Origin: an uncultured Verrucomicrobiota bacterium
GTDB lineage: Bacteria; Verrucomicrobiota; Kiritimatiellia; CAIVKH01
Direction of reading: 5' to 3'
Assembly: GCA_937873455.1 (NCBI GenBank)
Contig: CALMYG010000034.1
Location: 25,405 to 89,404 of the forward strand
Length of the DNA: 64,000 nucleotides
A program made the position numbers and the translations under genes. The notes beneath the pieces were generated by a model. That model saw only the letters and a program-made list of their open reading frames with translations. It did no database searches and was not told the origin of the DNA. Shown in pieces: positions 1 through 8,348 of the stretch; position 1 is the first letter of the stretch; the number at the start of each line of letters is the position of its first letter.

Positions 1-134
1 GAAAGGCGTCCCTACCGAACGCTCATTCTATGTCCCCACCTCATACTATTTGAAGATCACCCTACCGCAAACCCGGTAAAACGTTTATAATATGTCCATG
101 GCCACCGGATCTGGTCCGGCGGCCAGGAGGTTTT

Positions 135-3100
135 TTGTATTGTTTTCAATGCATGGGTTGGAGGGTGGCGTTTCTTGTGCTGGTGCTCGGATGGAGCGCC
201 GGAGCGCAATCCCCGCGCCCGGGATGGGGAGCCACACCTTATGCCGGACCGGGCGGAACCGGAGTGACATTCAGGACCTGGGCCCCTAACGCCTCCAGCG
301 TTACCGTGGCCGGCACGTTTAACGGCTGGAACACAACGTCCCTGACATTGTCGCCGGAAGGCAACGGCGTGTGGTCGCGGGATATCGCAGGTATTTTACC
401 CGGCGCTCAGTATAAATTCGTCATCAACGGTTCGCTCTGGCGGCGCGACCCGTATAGCCGCGGAAACGTGGGAACCGGCACCCGGAACTCCATCGTGGTG
501 AATCCAGATGCGTTTGATTGGGGCGGGGCAAAGACGTTTGTCCGGGCCGACAACCGCGACCTGGTCATCTACGAATTGCACGTGGGCGCTTTTTACGATC
601 CGAACCCGGGTGATGAGGCAGTCGGCCGCTTCACGAATGTCGCGGAAAAACTGGACCACCTGGTCGCTCTCGGCATCAATGCGGTCGAGCTGATGCCGGT
701 CAGCGATTTCGCCACCCCGACCAGTTGGGGCTACAACCCGTCGTACCCGTTCGCCGTTGAACCAAGCTATGGCAACCCGGACGAGCTGAAGGCGCTGGTA
801 AAGGCATGTCACGAACGCGGCATCGCCGTGTTCATGGACATGGTCCACAACCACTGGGGCGACGATTTCAACGACTGGAGCCTCTGGCAATACGACGGCT
901 GGTCGGGCACGGGATCCGGCGGCGGCATATTTTTCTTTGAGGAGCCCGGCCCTTGTTGTTCGCCATGGGGGCCGCGTCCCGATTACCGGCGCACCGAGGT
1001 GAGCGATTATATCGCGCGCTCGTTTCGCCTGTGGCTGGAGGAATACCGCATGGACGGCTTCCGGTGGGATGCGCCCAAGTACATCCTCTTCACCGATAGC
1101 GCGATGACCACCCCGGTTCCCGGCGCTTCGGCCATGGTCGGCCATATCCTTTCCGCGCTATCCAACGAATTCGGCTCCGTGTTGAATATCGCCGAAGATA
1201 TCGCCGGGGCGCCCGGGTTCGACGGACACTGGGATTTTTCGTATCACGCCACCCTGCAAAACCTGCTGGCACAGGGCTCGGATACCGACCGCAACATCCC
1301 GGCGCTGGCCTCGGCGATCAACCGGGCGCCGGGCCGCGTGATTTATTCCGAATCGCATGACACCACCGGCGATCTCAACAACGGGCGCCGCTTGCCGGTA
1401 GCGATTGATGCGTCCGACCCCGAAAGCTATTTCGCCCGCAAACGCTCGGCGCTGGGTGCGGTGTTCACGCTGACCGCTCCGGGCATTCCCATGATCTGGA
1501 TGGGCCAGGAAATGCTGGCGACCAACGTGTTCGGCGACCGCCGTCCGCTGGATTGGTCCCGCACCAACACCTTTGTCCATGTCGTGCAGCTGTACCAGGA
1601 TTTGATTCGCCTGCGCCGCAATATGGACGGGGTAACCGCCGGACTTTCCGGAAACCGCTGCGAGATGTTGGTGACGGATAACAGCCAAAAGGTCATCGGC
1701 TACCGGCGCTATGACGACGAGCACCCCGAACAGGATGTGGTGGTCCTGGCAAACCTTCGCAACACCACCCGGCAGCGCGTGATGCCGTTTCCGCGCGCCG
1801 GCGCCTGGTACGTACACATCAACACCGATGCCTCCACCTACGGTCCGGATTACGGGGATGCCGGCCCGGCTTTTGTGGTGGCGGCAGGCTCGCCGCCGAC
1901 CGCGGAAGTGACGATCGGGCCATACAGCGCCTTGATCTTATCGCAACAGCCGCTGATCGGCGTGACCCTGGCGCGGTTGGACCTGGACGATGCAGCGCTG
2001 GGCAACGGCAACGGCGCGGCCGAGGCGGGCGAAATTGTGCTGGCCTCGGCGGTGGTTTCCAACCGGAGCGGGGTGGCGGTAAGCGGCGCGACGGTGGAGT
2101 TGCGGGCGCGCGATTCCGGCGTGACGGTGTTGCAGCCGCTCATCGCATTGCCGGAGCTGGCCGCAGGGCAGGTAGCCACTGGAGCAACCCGGTTTGCGGT
2201 GGCAATGCCGCACGACTGGGCCTGCGGGCGCAGCGCAGCGTTTGATGCCGTGGTTCGATTTCCCGGCGGCGAGTTTTGGAGCGCCCCGGAGTTTCCCGGC
2301 GGGATTGCGGTTGAAACGGGGTCGGCCACCGCGCGCATGGATAGCGCAAACGTCCCCGTGGACATTCTCGACAACATGACCGTGTATTCGAACCTGGAGA
2401 TCAGCGATCCGGCCTGGGGCGACGTGGAAGGACTGAGCGTGTATCTGCGCATCAACCACACGTGGAATGCCGATATGATCATCGCGCTGCAACACCCGGA
2501 CGGCACGGAGGTGACCCTGGCCAATCAGCGCGGCGGCAGCGGCGACAACTTTGGCACGGGCGCCTGCGGCTCGTCGGGCATCGTTTTCGCGGTATTCGAT
2601 GATGGCGCCGCGACGGCGATCGGCGCCGGAACATCGCCATTCGCCGGACAGTTCCGGCCCGAGTCACCGCTGGCCGCTTTCACCGGCAAACCGGCCGCCG
2701 GTACATGGCGGTTGCGAATCGACGACGTGTTCCCGGCCGACCCGGGCGCCTTGCTGTGCTGGGGCTTGGAGCTGCGCGCCCAACGGCGGTCTTATCAATG
2801 TGACACCGTTTTTGAAATCGCCGCGGACCGCGATGGCGACGGACTGCCGGACTGGTGGGAGTGGGCCTACTACGGCGACCCGACCCATGCCCTCGCCGAC
2901 GCGGATGATGACGAGGACGGCTTCGTCAACCGGGAGGAATTCTGGGCCGGCACCGACCCCCGCCGCGCCGACTCAACGTTCACCGCGCGCATCGAACCGG
3001 CCCAGCCGGGAGACCCGACCCCGGCGATTCAGTGGCCAAGCGCTCCCGGACGCGCGTACCGGATCTGGCGCACCCGGGACTTGCTTCATGTCCCGTTTCA

Positions 3101-3203
3101 GCTTTGGCGTCCGCACGTACCGGCCACCCCGATCGTGAATCGTGAAATCGACCCTGAATCCGCGGATGCGCCGTGGTTTTACCGGGTGGAGCTGCTCGAG
3201 TAG
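135..3203 (+). CDS. Secreted GH13 (alpha-amylase family) enzyme. It has a CBM48-like N-terminus and is fused to a proprotein-convertase P-domain, thrombospondin-type-3-like Ca-binding repeats and a C-terminal 'FYRV' beta-sandwich.
   Basis: 1022-aa ORF. AGGAGG lies 4 nt upstream of the TTG at 135; an alternative ATG is at 153. Signal-peptide-like WRVAFLVLVLGWSAGAQS. CBM48-like VTFRTWAPNASSVTVAGTFNGWN. GH13 conserved regions DMVHNH, GFRWDA, YSESHD. P-domain-like HTWNADMIIALQHPDGTEVTL...GTWRLRIDD. DRDGDGLPDWWE / DADDDEDGF. Ends ...WFYRVELLE. Confidence 0.85.
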   Translation: MYCFQCMGWRVAFLVLVLGWSAGAQSPRPGWGATPYAGPGGTGVTFRTWAPNASSVTVAGTFNGWNTTSLTLSPEGNGVWSRDIAGILPGAQYKFVINGSLWRRDPYSRGNVGTGTRNSIVVNPDAFDWGGAKTFVRADNRDLVIYELHVGAFYDPNPGDEAVGRFTNVAEKLDHLVALGINAVELMPVSDFATPTSWGYNPSYPFAVEPSYGNPDELKALVKACHERGIAVFMDMVHNHWGDDFNDWSLWQYDGWSGTGSGGGIFFFEEPGPCCSPWGPRPDYRRTEVSDYIARSFRLWLEEYRMDGFRWDAPKYILFTDSAMTTPVPGASAMVGHILSALSNEFGSVLNIAEDIAGAPGFDGHWDFSYHATLQNLLAQGSDTDRNIPALASAINRAPGRVIYSESHDTTGDLNNGRRLPVAIDASDPESYFARKRSALGAVFTLTAPGIPMIWMGQEMLATNVFGDRRPLDWSRTNTFVHVVQLYQDLIRLRRNMDGVTAGLSGNRCEMLVTDNSQKVIGYRRYDDEHPEQDVVVLANLRNTTRQRVMPFPRAGAWYVHINTDASTYGPDYGDAGPAFVVAAGSPPTAEVTIGPYSALILSQQPLIGVTLARLDLDDAALGNGNGAAEAGEIVLASAVVSNRSGVAVSGATVELRARDSGVTVLQPLIALPELAAGQVATGATRFAVAMPHDWACGRSAAFDAVVRFPGGEFWSAPEFPGGIAVETGSATARMDSANVPVDILDNMTVYSNLEISDPAWGDVEGLSVYLRINHTWNADMIIALQHPDGTEVTLANQRGGSGDNFGTGACGSSGIVFAVFDDGAATAIGAGTSPFAGQFRPESPLAAFTGKPAAGTWRLRIDDVFPADPGALLCWGLELRAQRRSYQCDTVFEIAADRDGDGLPDWWEWAYYGDPTHALADADDDEDGFVNREEFWAGTDPRRADSTFTARIEPAQPGDPTPAIQWPSAPGRAYRIWRTRDLLHVPFQLWRPHVPATPIVNREIDPESADAPWFYRVELLE

Positions 3204-3826
3204 GCGCCGCTTCGCGACGGCGGGGGCCGCGCCTCCTTGACCCGGAAAATCGCTTGCTCGTGTTCTTCGAGCGGGAAATCAAACACCGCATTGAGGTCCA
3301 CCGACAAGCCGGGAAAGGTCGGACTGGTCAACGTATCTTCTTTCCCGAAGGTCTTCCAGCAGGCGTACAAGCCGTCGCGTAACAGAAACACTTCGATCAA
3401 GTGGGGAAACGGGGTGACGATCCAGTACTCTTCGATTCCGAACCGGGCATACAGCTCGCGCTTGACCAGCCGGTCGTGGCGCTCCGAACCGGGAGAAAGT
3501 ATTTCCACCGCCAGCGCGGGCGGGCCCTCGATATGGGTCGGTTTGATGCGTTCCGGATGGCAGACCACCAGCAGGTCGGGCTGCACCACGTCTTCCTCGG
3601 ACAACCGGACGTCCATGGGTGCGTAAAAGAGGTGACAACGATGCCCCTTAAAGAATGGACCCATCCCCAATGTTAATTGCATGGAGATTTTCTGGTGCCG
3701 GCTGGCCGGGCTGGGCGACATGGCTATCGCTTCGCCGCCGATAAGCTCCCACCGTTCCTGATCCGGCCAGGTCCGGTAATCGGCCCAGGTGAAACGCTCG
3801 GACAACTTGAGGGCGGGTGCATTCAT
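3179..3826 (-). CDS. Uma2-family (DUF820) restriction-endonuclease-like protein
   Basis: 215-aa ORF with the typical Uma2 pattern: WELIGGE...MSP, QPDLLVV, PALAVEILSPGS...D..K...YA..GI.EYWIV. Its 3' end overlaps the convergent GH13 gene by 25 nt. Confidence 0.75.
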   Translation of the reverse strand: MNAPALKLSERFTWADYRTWPDQERWELIGGEAIAMSPSPASRHQKISMQLTLGMGPFFKGHRCHLFYAPMDVRLSEEDVVQPDLLVVCHPERIKPTHIEGPPALAVEILSPGSERHDRLVKRELYARFGIEEYWIVTPFPHLIEVFLLRDGLYACWKTFGKEDTLTSPTFPGLSVDLNAVFDFPLEEHEQAIFRVKEARPPPSRSGAYSSSSTR

Positions 3827-4163
3827 GGCTACTAAGGCTATTCATACCCGATTTCCGCGGGCCGGGCAAGCACCGGAGGGGCGGAACCCTGATTCCTTGA
3901 ATGATCCCATTTTTCACCGACCACACCATCAGGATCATAAAGCAGATCATGCAACGAGCCAGTCCTCTTTATGCGCCGCAGGCGCATGCGATACCGCGGG
4001 AATCCGTCGGGCAGCCCACGCGCTTCGCGGGGGCCGGGGAGTCGGTTGATACAGCGGGCCGAGCCGGTCGTCGGCGACCGGCGGCCAGCAAGGCGGAGCG
4101 GGTGGCGCTGACCTCATGGTCGCGCCGCCCGCGACAACACCGCTGGCGGCCCGCTGGGACAAA

Positions 4164-4286
4164 CGACTCCCCGCCGGCGGATTCCCGCCTGGCTCACGCA
4201 CCGCATCACCAAGCCCCTTGATTGCATCAACGGCCTTCAGGTATTCAGCGTCGCGAAAACATCAGCCAATCAGGGGGTGCGCCGAA
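4164..4286. repeat. Intergenic repeat, copy A (about 123 bp); the second copy is at 11711..11833
   Basis: Aligns colinearly with 11711..11833: gac.ccccgccggcggattc.cgc.tggctcacgcacc.cat.acc.agcccctt.attgcat.aac.gccttca.g..ttc.gcg.c.cgaaa.c.tcagc.aatcaggg..gc.ccgcc.aa. Most positions are identical by eye. Confidence 0.8.
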
Positions 4287-4318
4287 GCCCCGTTGCGGGG
4301 TAAAACATAGGTGTTGCC

Positions 4319-4377
4319 AAAAAGTTCCAAACCTTGGAAATTGGAGGTCGGTTTTTTTCCAAGGTTTGGAACTTTTT
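4319..4377. promoter_or_regulatory. Perfect 22-bp inverted repeat (15-nt loop) ending directly at the kdsA ATG. It could be a bidirectional terminator-like or translational-control hairpin.
   Basis: Left arm aaaaagttccaaaccttggaaa (4319-4340). Loop ttggaggtcggtttt. Right arm tttccaaggtttggaacttttt (4356-4377) is the exact reverse complement of the left arm. Flanked by an A-tract and a T-tract. Each arm also contains its own small palindrome, TTCCAA-acc-TTGGAA. Confidence 0.6.
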
Positions 4378-5196
4378 ATGACGACAACGGTAAACATGGG
4401 TGGCGTAAAGATCGGGGGCAAGGCGCCGTTGGCGCTAATCGCCGGGCCATGCGTGATCGAGAGCCGCTCAAAATGCCTGGCCCTGGCCAAACGGTTGGCC
4501 GCCCTGGCCCGGGCGGAAAACATTCCGCTGGTTTTCAAGGCATCGTACGACAAGGCAAACCGCTCATCGCATACCGCCTACCGGGGACCCGGCCTCGAGG
4601 CCGGCCTGGACGTTTTGGCCGAAGTGCGCGAAACCCTGAAGGTGCCGGTCTTGACCGACGTCCACACCCCGGCCGAGGCCACCCGGGCCGGCGCGGTGGT
4701 CGATGTCATCCAAATCCCGGCCTTTTTGTGCCGCCAGACCGACCTGCTCCTGGCCGCCGGGGAAACCGGCAAACCGGTGAACGTCAAAAAAGGCCAGTTC
4801 CTCGCCCCCTGGGACATGAAAAACGTGGTCGCCAAGGTCGAAAGCACCGGCAACCGCGCCATCATCCTGACCGAACGGGGCAGCTCCTTCGGCTACAACA
4901 ACCTCGTGGCCGATATGCGTAGCCTGCTCGAAATGGTGGCGCTCGGCTATCCGGTGGTCTTTGATGCGACGCATAGCGTGCAGCGTCCCGGCGGAGGCGG
5001 TTCGTACACCGCGGGCGACGGCAAGTGGGCGCCCCACCTCGCCCGCGCCGCCGTGGCAACCGGCTGCGACGGCGTATTTATCGAGACGCACCTGAACCCG
5101 GCGGAGGCGCTGTCGGACAAGGAAAATGCCGTGCCCTTCACGCGCATGAAGACGCTCTGGCGCCAGCTCCGGGGGATCGATGAACTGGTCGGCTGA
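4378..5196 (+). CDS. kdsA: 3-deoxy-D-manno-octulosonate-8-phosphate synthase
   Basis: Colinear with KdsA: PLALIAGPCVIES, VFKASYDKANRSS, IQIPAFLCRQTDL, VFDATHSVQ. The ORF is open from 4222, but the upstream 52 aa look non-coding, so the ATG at 4378 was chosen (alternative 4396). Confidence 0.92.
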   Translation: MTTTVNMGGVKIGGKAPLALIAGPCVIESRSKCLALAKRLAALARAENIPLVFKASYDKANRSSHTAYRGPGLEAGLDVLAEVRETLKVPVLTDVHTPAEATRAGAVVDVIQIPAFLCRQTDLLLAAGETGKPVNVKKGQFLAPWDMKNVVAKVESTGNRAIILTERGSSFGYNNLVADMRSLLEMVALGYPVVFDATHSVQRPGGGGSYTAGDGKWAPHLARAAVATGCDGVFIETHLNPAEALSDKENAVPFTRMKTLWRQLRGIDELVG

Positions 5197-5716
5197 ACAA
5201 CGGGCCGCCCGGGTGCGGGCCCTCATCCTTGATGTGGACGGCGTACTCACCGACGGCGGCTTGCTCTACCATGCCAACGGCGAATCCAAAATCTTTAATG
5301 TCCGCGACGGTCACGGCATCGTGCTGGCCCGGCTGGCCGGCTTGCGCACCGCCTTCCTGACCGGGCGGGCCTCCGAAGCCGTCCGGCGACGGGCCGCGGA
5401 ACTGAAAATCGACGCGCTCCGCGAAGGGGTCTACCGCAAAGGCGAGGCGCTGGATGAACTTTTGCGGGCGCTGGATGTCCAACCGGAGCACGTGTGTTAC
5501 GCCGGGGATGACCTGGTCGATCTCGCCGTGCTGCGCCGGGTCGGGTTCCCGGCGGCGCCGGCCGATGCCGTGCCGGAAGTGCGCGACGCCGCTGCGTGGG
5601 TCGCCACCCGCCCGGGCGGAAACGGCGCGGTGCGGGAGCTGGTGGAATTTATTTTGAAAAGTCAGGGCGTCTGGGCGGATATCGTGCGACGCCACGAAAG
5701 GGAGCAGTACCCATGA
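5180..5716 (+). CDS. kdsC: KDO-8-phosphate phosphatase (HAD superfamily)
   Basis: HAD motif I LILDVDGVLTDG. NVRDGHGI and GDDLVDL motifs. Overlaps the kdsA stop by 17 nt. Confidence 0.88.
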   Translation: MNWSAEQRAARVRALILDVDGVLTDGGLLYHANGESKIFNVRDGHGIVLARLAGLRTAFLTGRASEAVRRRAAELKIDALREGVYRKGEALDELLRALDVQPEHVCYAGDDLVDLAVLRRVGFPAAPADAVPEVRDAAAWVATRPGGNGAVRELVEFILKSQGVWADIVRRHEREQYP

Positions 5717-6165
5717 GGGCGGTGCGAACAGCAATAACCGGCGCGTGGCTGGCCGCAATGGCGGCCGGAGCCCTCTGGGCTGAAGACGGGCAAATACGGA
5801 ATTTCCGCGTGCCGAACTTTGATGATCAGGGCTTGATGACCTCCCAGATATTCGGGGAATTCGCCAAAATTCTCGCCGACGGCAACATCGAAGTCACCGA
5901 GTTGCGCATCGAATTCTACAACTACGTGGACGGCGAGCGCCGCACCGAGATGACCGTCACCTCCCCCCGCTGCCTGCTCAACCGCAACCGCGGCATGGCC
6001 GTCTCGGATGACGAAGTCCGCATCAGCCGCGATGAATTTGTCGTGACCGGCAAGGGGTTTACCTTTAACAATGAGAAACAGGAACTGCGCATCCTGAGCG
6101 ACAGCAAAGTCGTGGTGAAGGGCGACCAGCGCAAGCGCCAGACCGAGGAGATCAAACGTGAATAA
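5713..6165 (+). CDS. lptC: LptC-like lipopolysaccharide export protein
   Basis: 150-aa protein with an N-terminal hydrophobic anchor (AITGAWLAAMAAGALWA). Sits between kdsC and lptA. ATGA overlap with kdsC. The assignment rests mostly on size and position. Confidence 0.6.
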   Translation: MRAVRTAITGAWLAAMAAGALWAEDGQIRNFRVPNFDDQGLMTSQIFGEFAKILADGNIEVTELRIEFYNYVDGERRTEMTVTSPRCLLNRNRGMAVSDDEVRISRDEFVVTGKGFTFNNEKQELRILSDSKVVVKGDQRKRQTEEIKRE

Positions 6166-6667
6166 GTTGGCCATCATCGGGATCGCCGCAGGGTTGGTCC
6201 TCGCCGCGGGCCATCCGGCGGCAGCCCAGAAAAAAGCATCGGAGACCGACGTGACCGTCATCACCTCCGAACGCCTGACCTTCGACTACCTCAAAAAGTT
6301 CGCCCTCTTTGAAAAGGACGTGCTGGTGGTCGATCCCCAAATGAAAATCTACGCCGACAAAATGCTCGTCCGGTTCAACAACGACAACCGGGCCACCTAC
6401 ATCAAGGCGGAAGGCAATGTCATCATCATTCAGGACGACAAGCGGGCGCGCGGCGAAGTCGCCGAGTACGAAGTCGCCTCCGGCGAAATCACTCTCTCCG
6501 GAAACCCGATGATCACCAGCGGAAAAAACATCATGACCGCCGACGTGATCAAGTACTGGCGCGACGACAGCCGGATGGAAGGCAAGCCCCGCTCGCGCCT
6601 GGTCATTTATCCCGAAGGCGACCAAAACCGTGACCGCCTGTTCATGGAGCCGTCCCGTGGTCGCTGA
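6158..6667 (+). CDS. lptA: LptA/OstA-like periplasmic LPS transport protein
   Basis: Signal peptide MNKLAIIGIAAGLVLAAGHPAAAQ. OstA-like repetitive beta pattern (ITSERLTFDY..., AEGNVIIIQDD, EITLSGNPMI). Position is upstream of lptB. Confidence 0.75.
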   Translation: MNKLAIIGIAAGLVLAAGHPAAAQKKASETDVTVITSERLTFDYLKKFALFEKDVLVVDPQMKIYADKMLVRFNNDNRATYIKAEGNVIIIQDDKRARGEVAEYEVASGEITLSGNPMITSGKNIMTADVIKYWRDDSRMEGKPRSRLVIYPEGDQNRDRLFMEPSRGR

Positions 6668-7391
6668 AGCGCCATTAATCCGCACCGAAGGACTGGAGAA
6701 GGTTTACCACCAGCGCAAGGTGGTCAACGGCGTCAACATTTCGGTTAACGCCGGGGAAATCGTCGGGTTGCTCGGCCCGAACGGCGCGGGAAAAACCACC
6801 AGCTTCTACATGACCGTCGGCCTGGTGAAGCCGTCGGCCGGCCGGGTCTTTTTCAAGGACTACGACGTCACCGACACCCCGATGTACCTGCGGGCCCGAA
6901 TGGGCATGGGGTACCTGGCCCAGGAACCGTCCATTTTCCGGCGACTGACCGTCGAGGAAAACGTCATGGCCATTCTGGAAACGCTGCCGATCAACCGGCG
7001 TGAACGGCTCAAGCGCCTGGCCTTTCTCCTCGACGAGCTGAAGATCGCCCCGCTGGCCAAGCAACGCGCCTACACCCTCAGCGGCGGCGAGCGGCGGCGG
7101 CTGGAAATCACCCGCGCCCTCGTCACCAACCCCGCCCTCATTCTGCTCGACGAACCGTTCAGCGGGGTCGACCCGCTGGCGGTCAGCGACGTGCAACAAA
7201 TCATCATCGAACTCAAGCGGCGCGGCCTCGGCATTCTCATAACGGACCACAACGTGCGGGAAACCCTCGCGGTCGTTGATCGCGCCTATCTGATCTGCGA
7301 AGGCAAGGTCCTCCGGGAAGGCACCAGCGATTTTCTGGTCAATGATCCGGTCAGCCGGGAGTTGTACCTCGGGCCCCGCTTCAAAATGTAG
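6657..7391 (+). CDS. lptB: LPS export ABC transporter ATP-binding protein
   Basis: Walker A GPNGAGKTT, signature LSGGERRRLEI, Walker B ILLDEPF, and ITDHNVRETL as in LptB. The GTG at 6657 has a GGAG 7 nt upstream. The ORF is open from the GTG at 6630. Confidence 0.9.
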   Translation: MVAEAPLIRTEGLEKVYHQRKVVNGVNISVNAGEIVGLLGPNGAGKTTSFYMTVGLVKPSAGRVFFKDYDVTDTPMYLRARMGMGYLAQEPSIFRRLTVEENVMAILETLPINRRERLKRLAFLLDELKIAPLAKQRAYTLSGGERRRLEITRALVTNPALILLDEPFSGVDPLAVSDVQQIIIELKRRGLGILITDHNVRETLAVVDRAYLICEGKVLREGTSDFLVNDPVSRELYLGPRFKM

Positions 7392-7398
7392 CCCTTCC

Positions 7399-8340
7399 AT
7401 GACCATCACCTTGCGCCAATTTTTCGAAGCGGGCCGGGCCGACCTCAAGTTGACCATTGAGTCCGGCGACGGTTATTTGGACCATGCCATCGGGGAACAT
7501 TCCATCAACCGTCCGGGCCTGGCCCTGGCTGGATTTTTCCAGTATTTCGCCCGCCGCCGCATCCAGGTCATCGGGCTGGCCGAATACAATTATTTACGCA
7601 GCCTGTCCGTCGAGGACCGGTACCGCCGCCTCGAACAGATGTTTAAAAAGCGCATCCCCGCCCTCGTCTTCACCCGGAACCGGCACGCCACCCCGGAAAT
7701 CAAAGTGCTGGCCAACCGGTACAAAATACCGGTGCTGCGCACGCCGATGATCACCGGTCCCTTCATGAATGAAGCGACGGTGCTTATGGAGGCGCTCGCC
7801 GCCCCGGTCACCCGGGTTCACGGAACCACCGTCGACATCATGGGGGTCGGCGTCCTGATCGAAGGGGAACCCGGCATCGGCAAAAGCGAGGCCGCCCTCG
7901 CCCTGATTGAACGGGGACACAGCCTGGTCGCCGACGATATCACGGTATTGCGCCGGGAAAGCGGGAATGTTATAACCGCCAGCTCGGTAGAGATAACCCG
8001 GTATCACATGGAGATTCGCGGGTTGGGGATTATTCATGTTCCCAGCCTGTTCGGGGTGGCGGCCATCCGCACCCACGTGCGGCTGGATTTGATCATCCGG
8101 CTGCAGCGCCCCTCCCCCCAGGTGGAGTTGGACCGCACCGGCTTGAATCCCGTCACCCGCGCCGTTCTGGGGGTCGAAGTGCCTCTGGTCACCCTCCCGG
8201 TGGACGCGGGTCGCGATCTCGCCCATGTCGTGGAGGTGGCCGCCTTGAACCAGCGCCTGAAGATGCTGGGGCATGACGCCGCCAAGGAGTTGGACGACAA
8301 ATTGATTGAAATGTTAAGCAAGCGGAGAGGCCGGGGCTAA
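7399..8340 (+). CDS. hprK: HPr kinase/phosphorylase
   Basis: GVLIEGEPGIGKSEAALALIERGHSLVADD and EIRGLGIIHVPSLFG, which are typical of HprK/P. Confidence 0.9.
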   Translation: MTITLRQFFEAGRADLKLTIESGDGYLDHAIGEHSINRPGLALAGFFQYFARRRIQVIGLAEYNYLRSLSVEDRYRRLEQMFKKRIPALVFTRNRHATPEIKVLANRYKIPVLRTPMITGPFMNEATVLMEALAAPVTRVHGTTVDIMGVGVLIEGEPGIGKSEAALALIERGHSLVADDITVLRRESGNVITASSVEITRYHMEIRGLGIIHVPSLFGVAAIRTHVRLDLIIRLQRPSPQVELDRTGLNPVTRAVLGVEVPLVTLPVDAGRDLAHVVEVAALNQRLKMLGHDAAKELDDKLIEMLSKRRGRG

Positions 8341-8348
8341 CCGGACGG

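Noticed and set aside
1-134. A promoter for the GH13 gene (TATAAT at 86-91) and the repeated CCCTACCG words
   Set aside because: There is no acceptable -35 at 16-19-nt spacing. The 8-mer repeat occurs only twice and could be chance. This is too weak to annotate.
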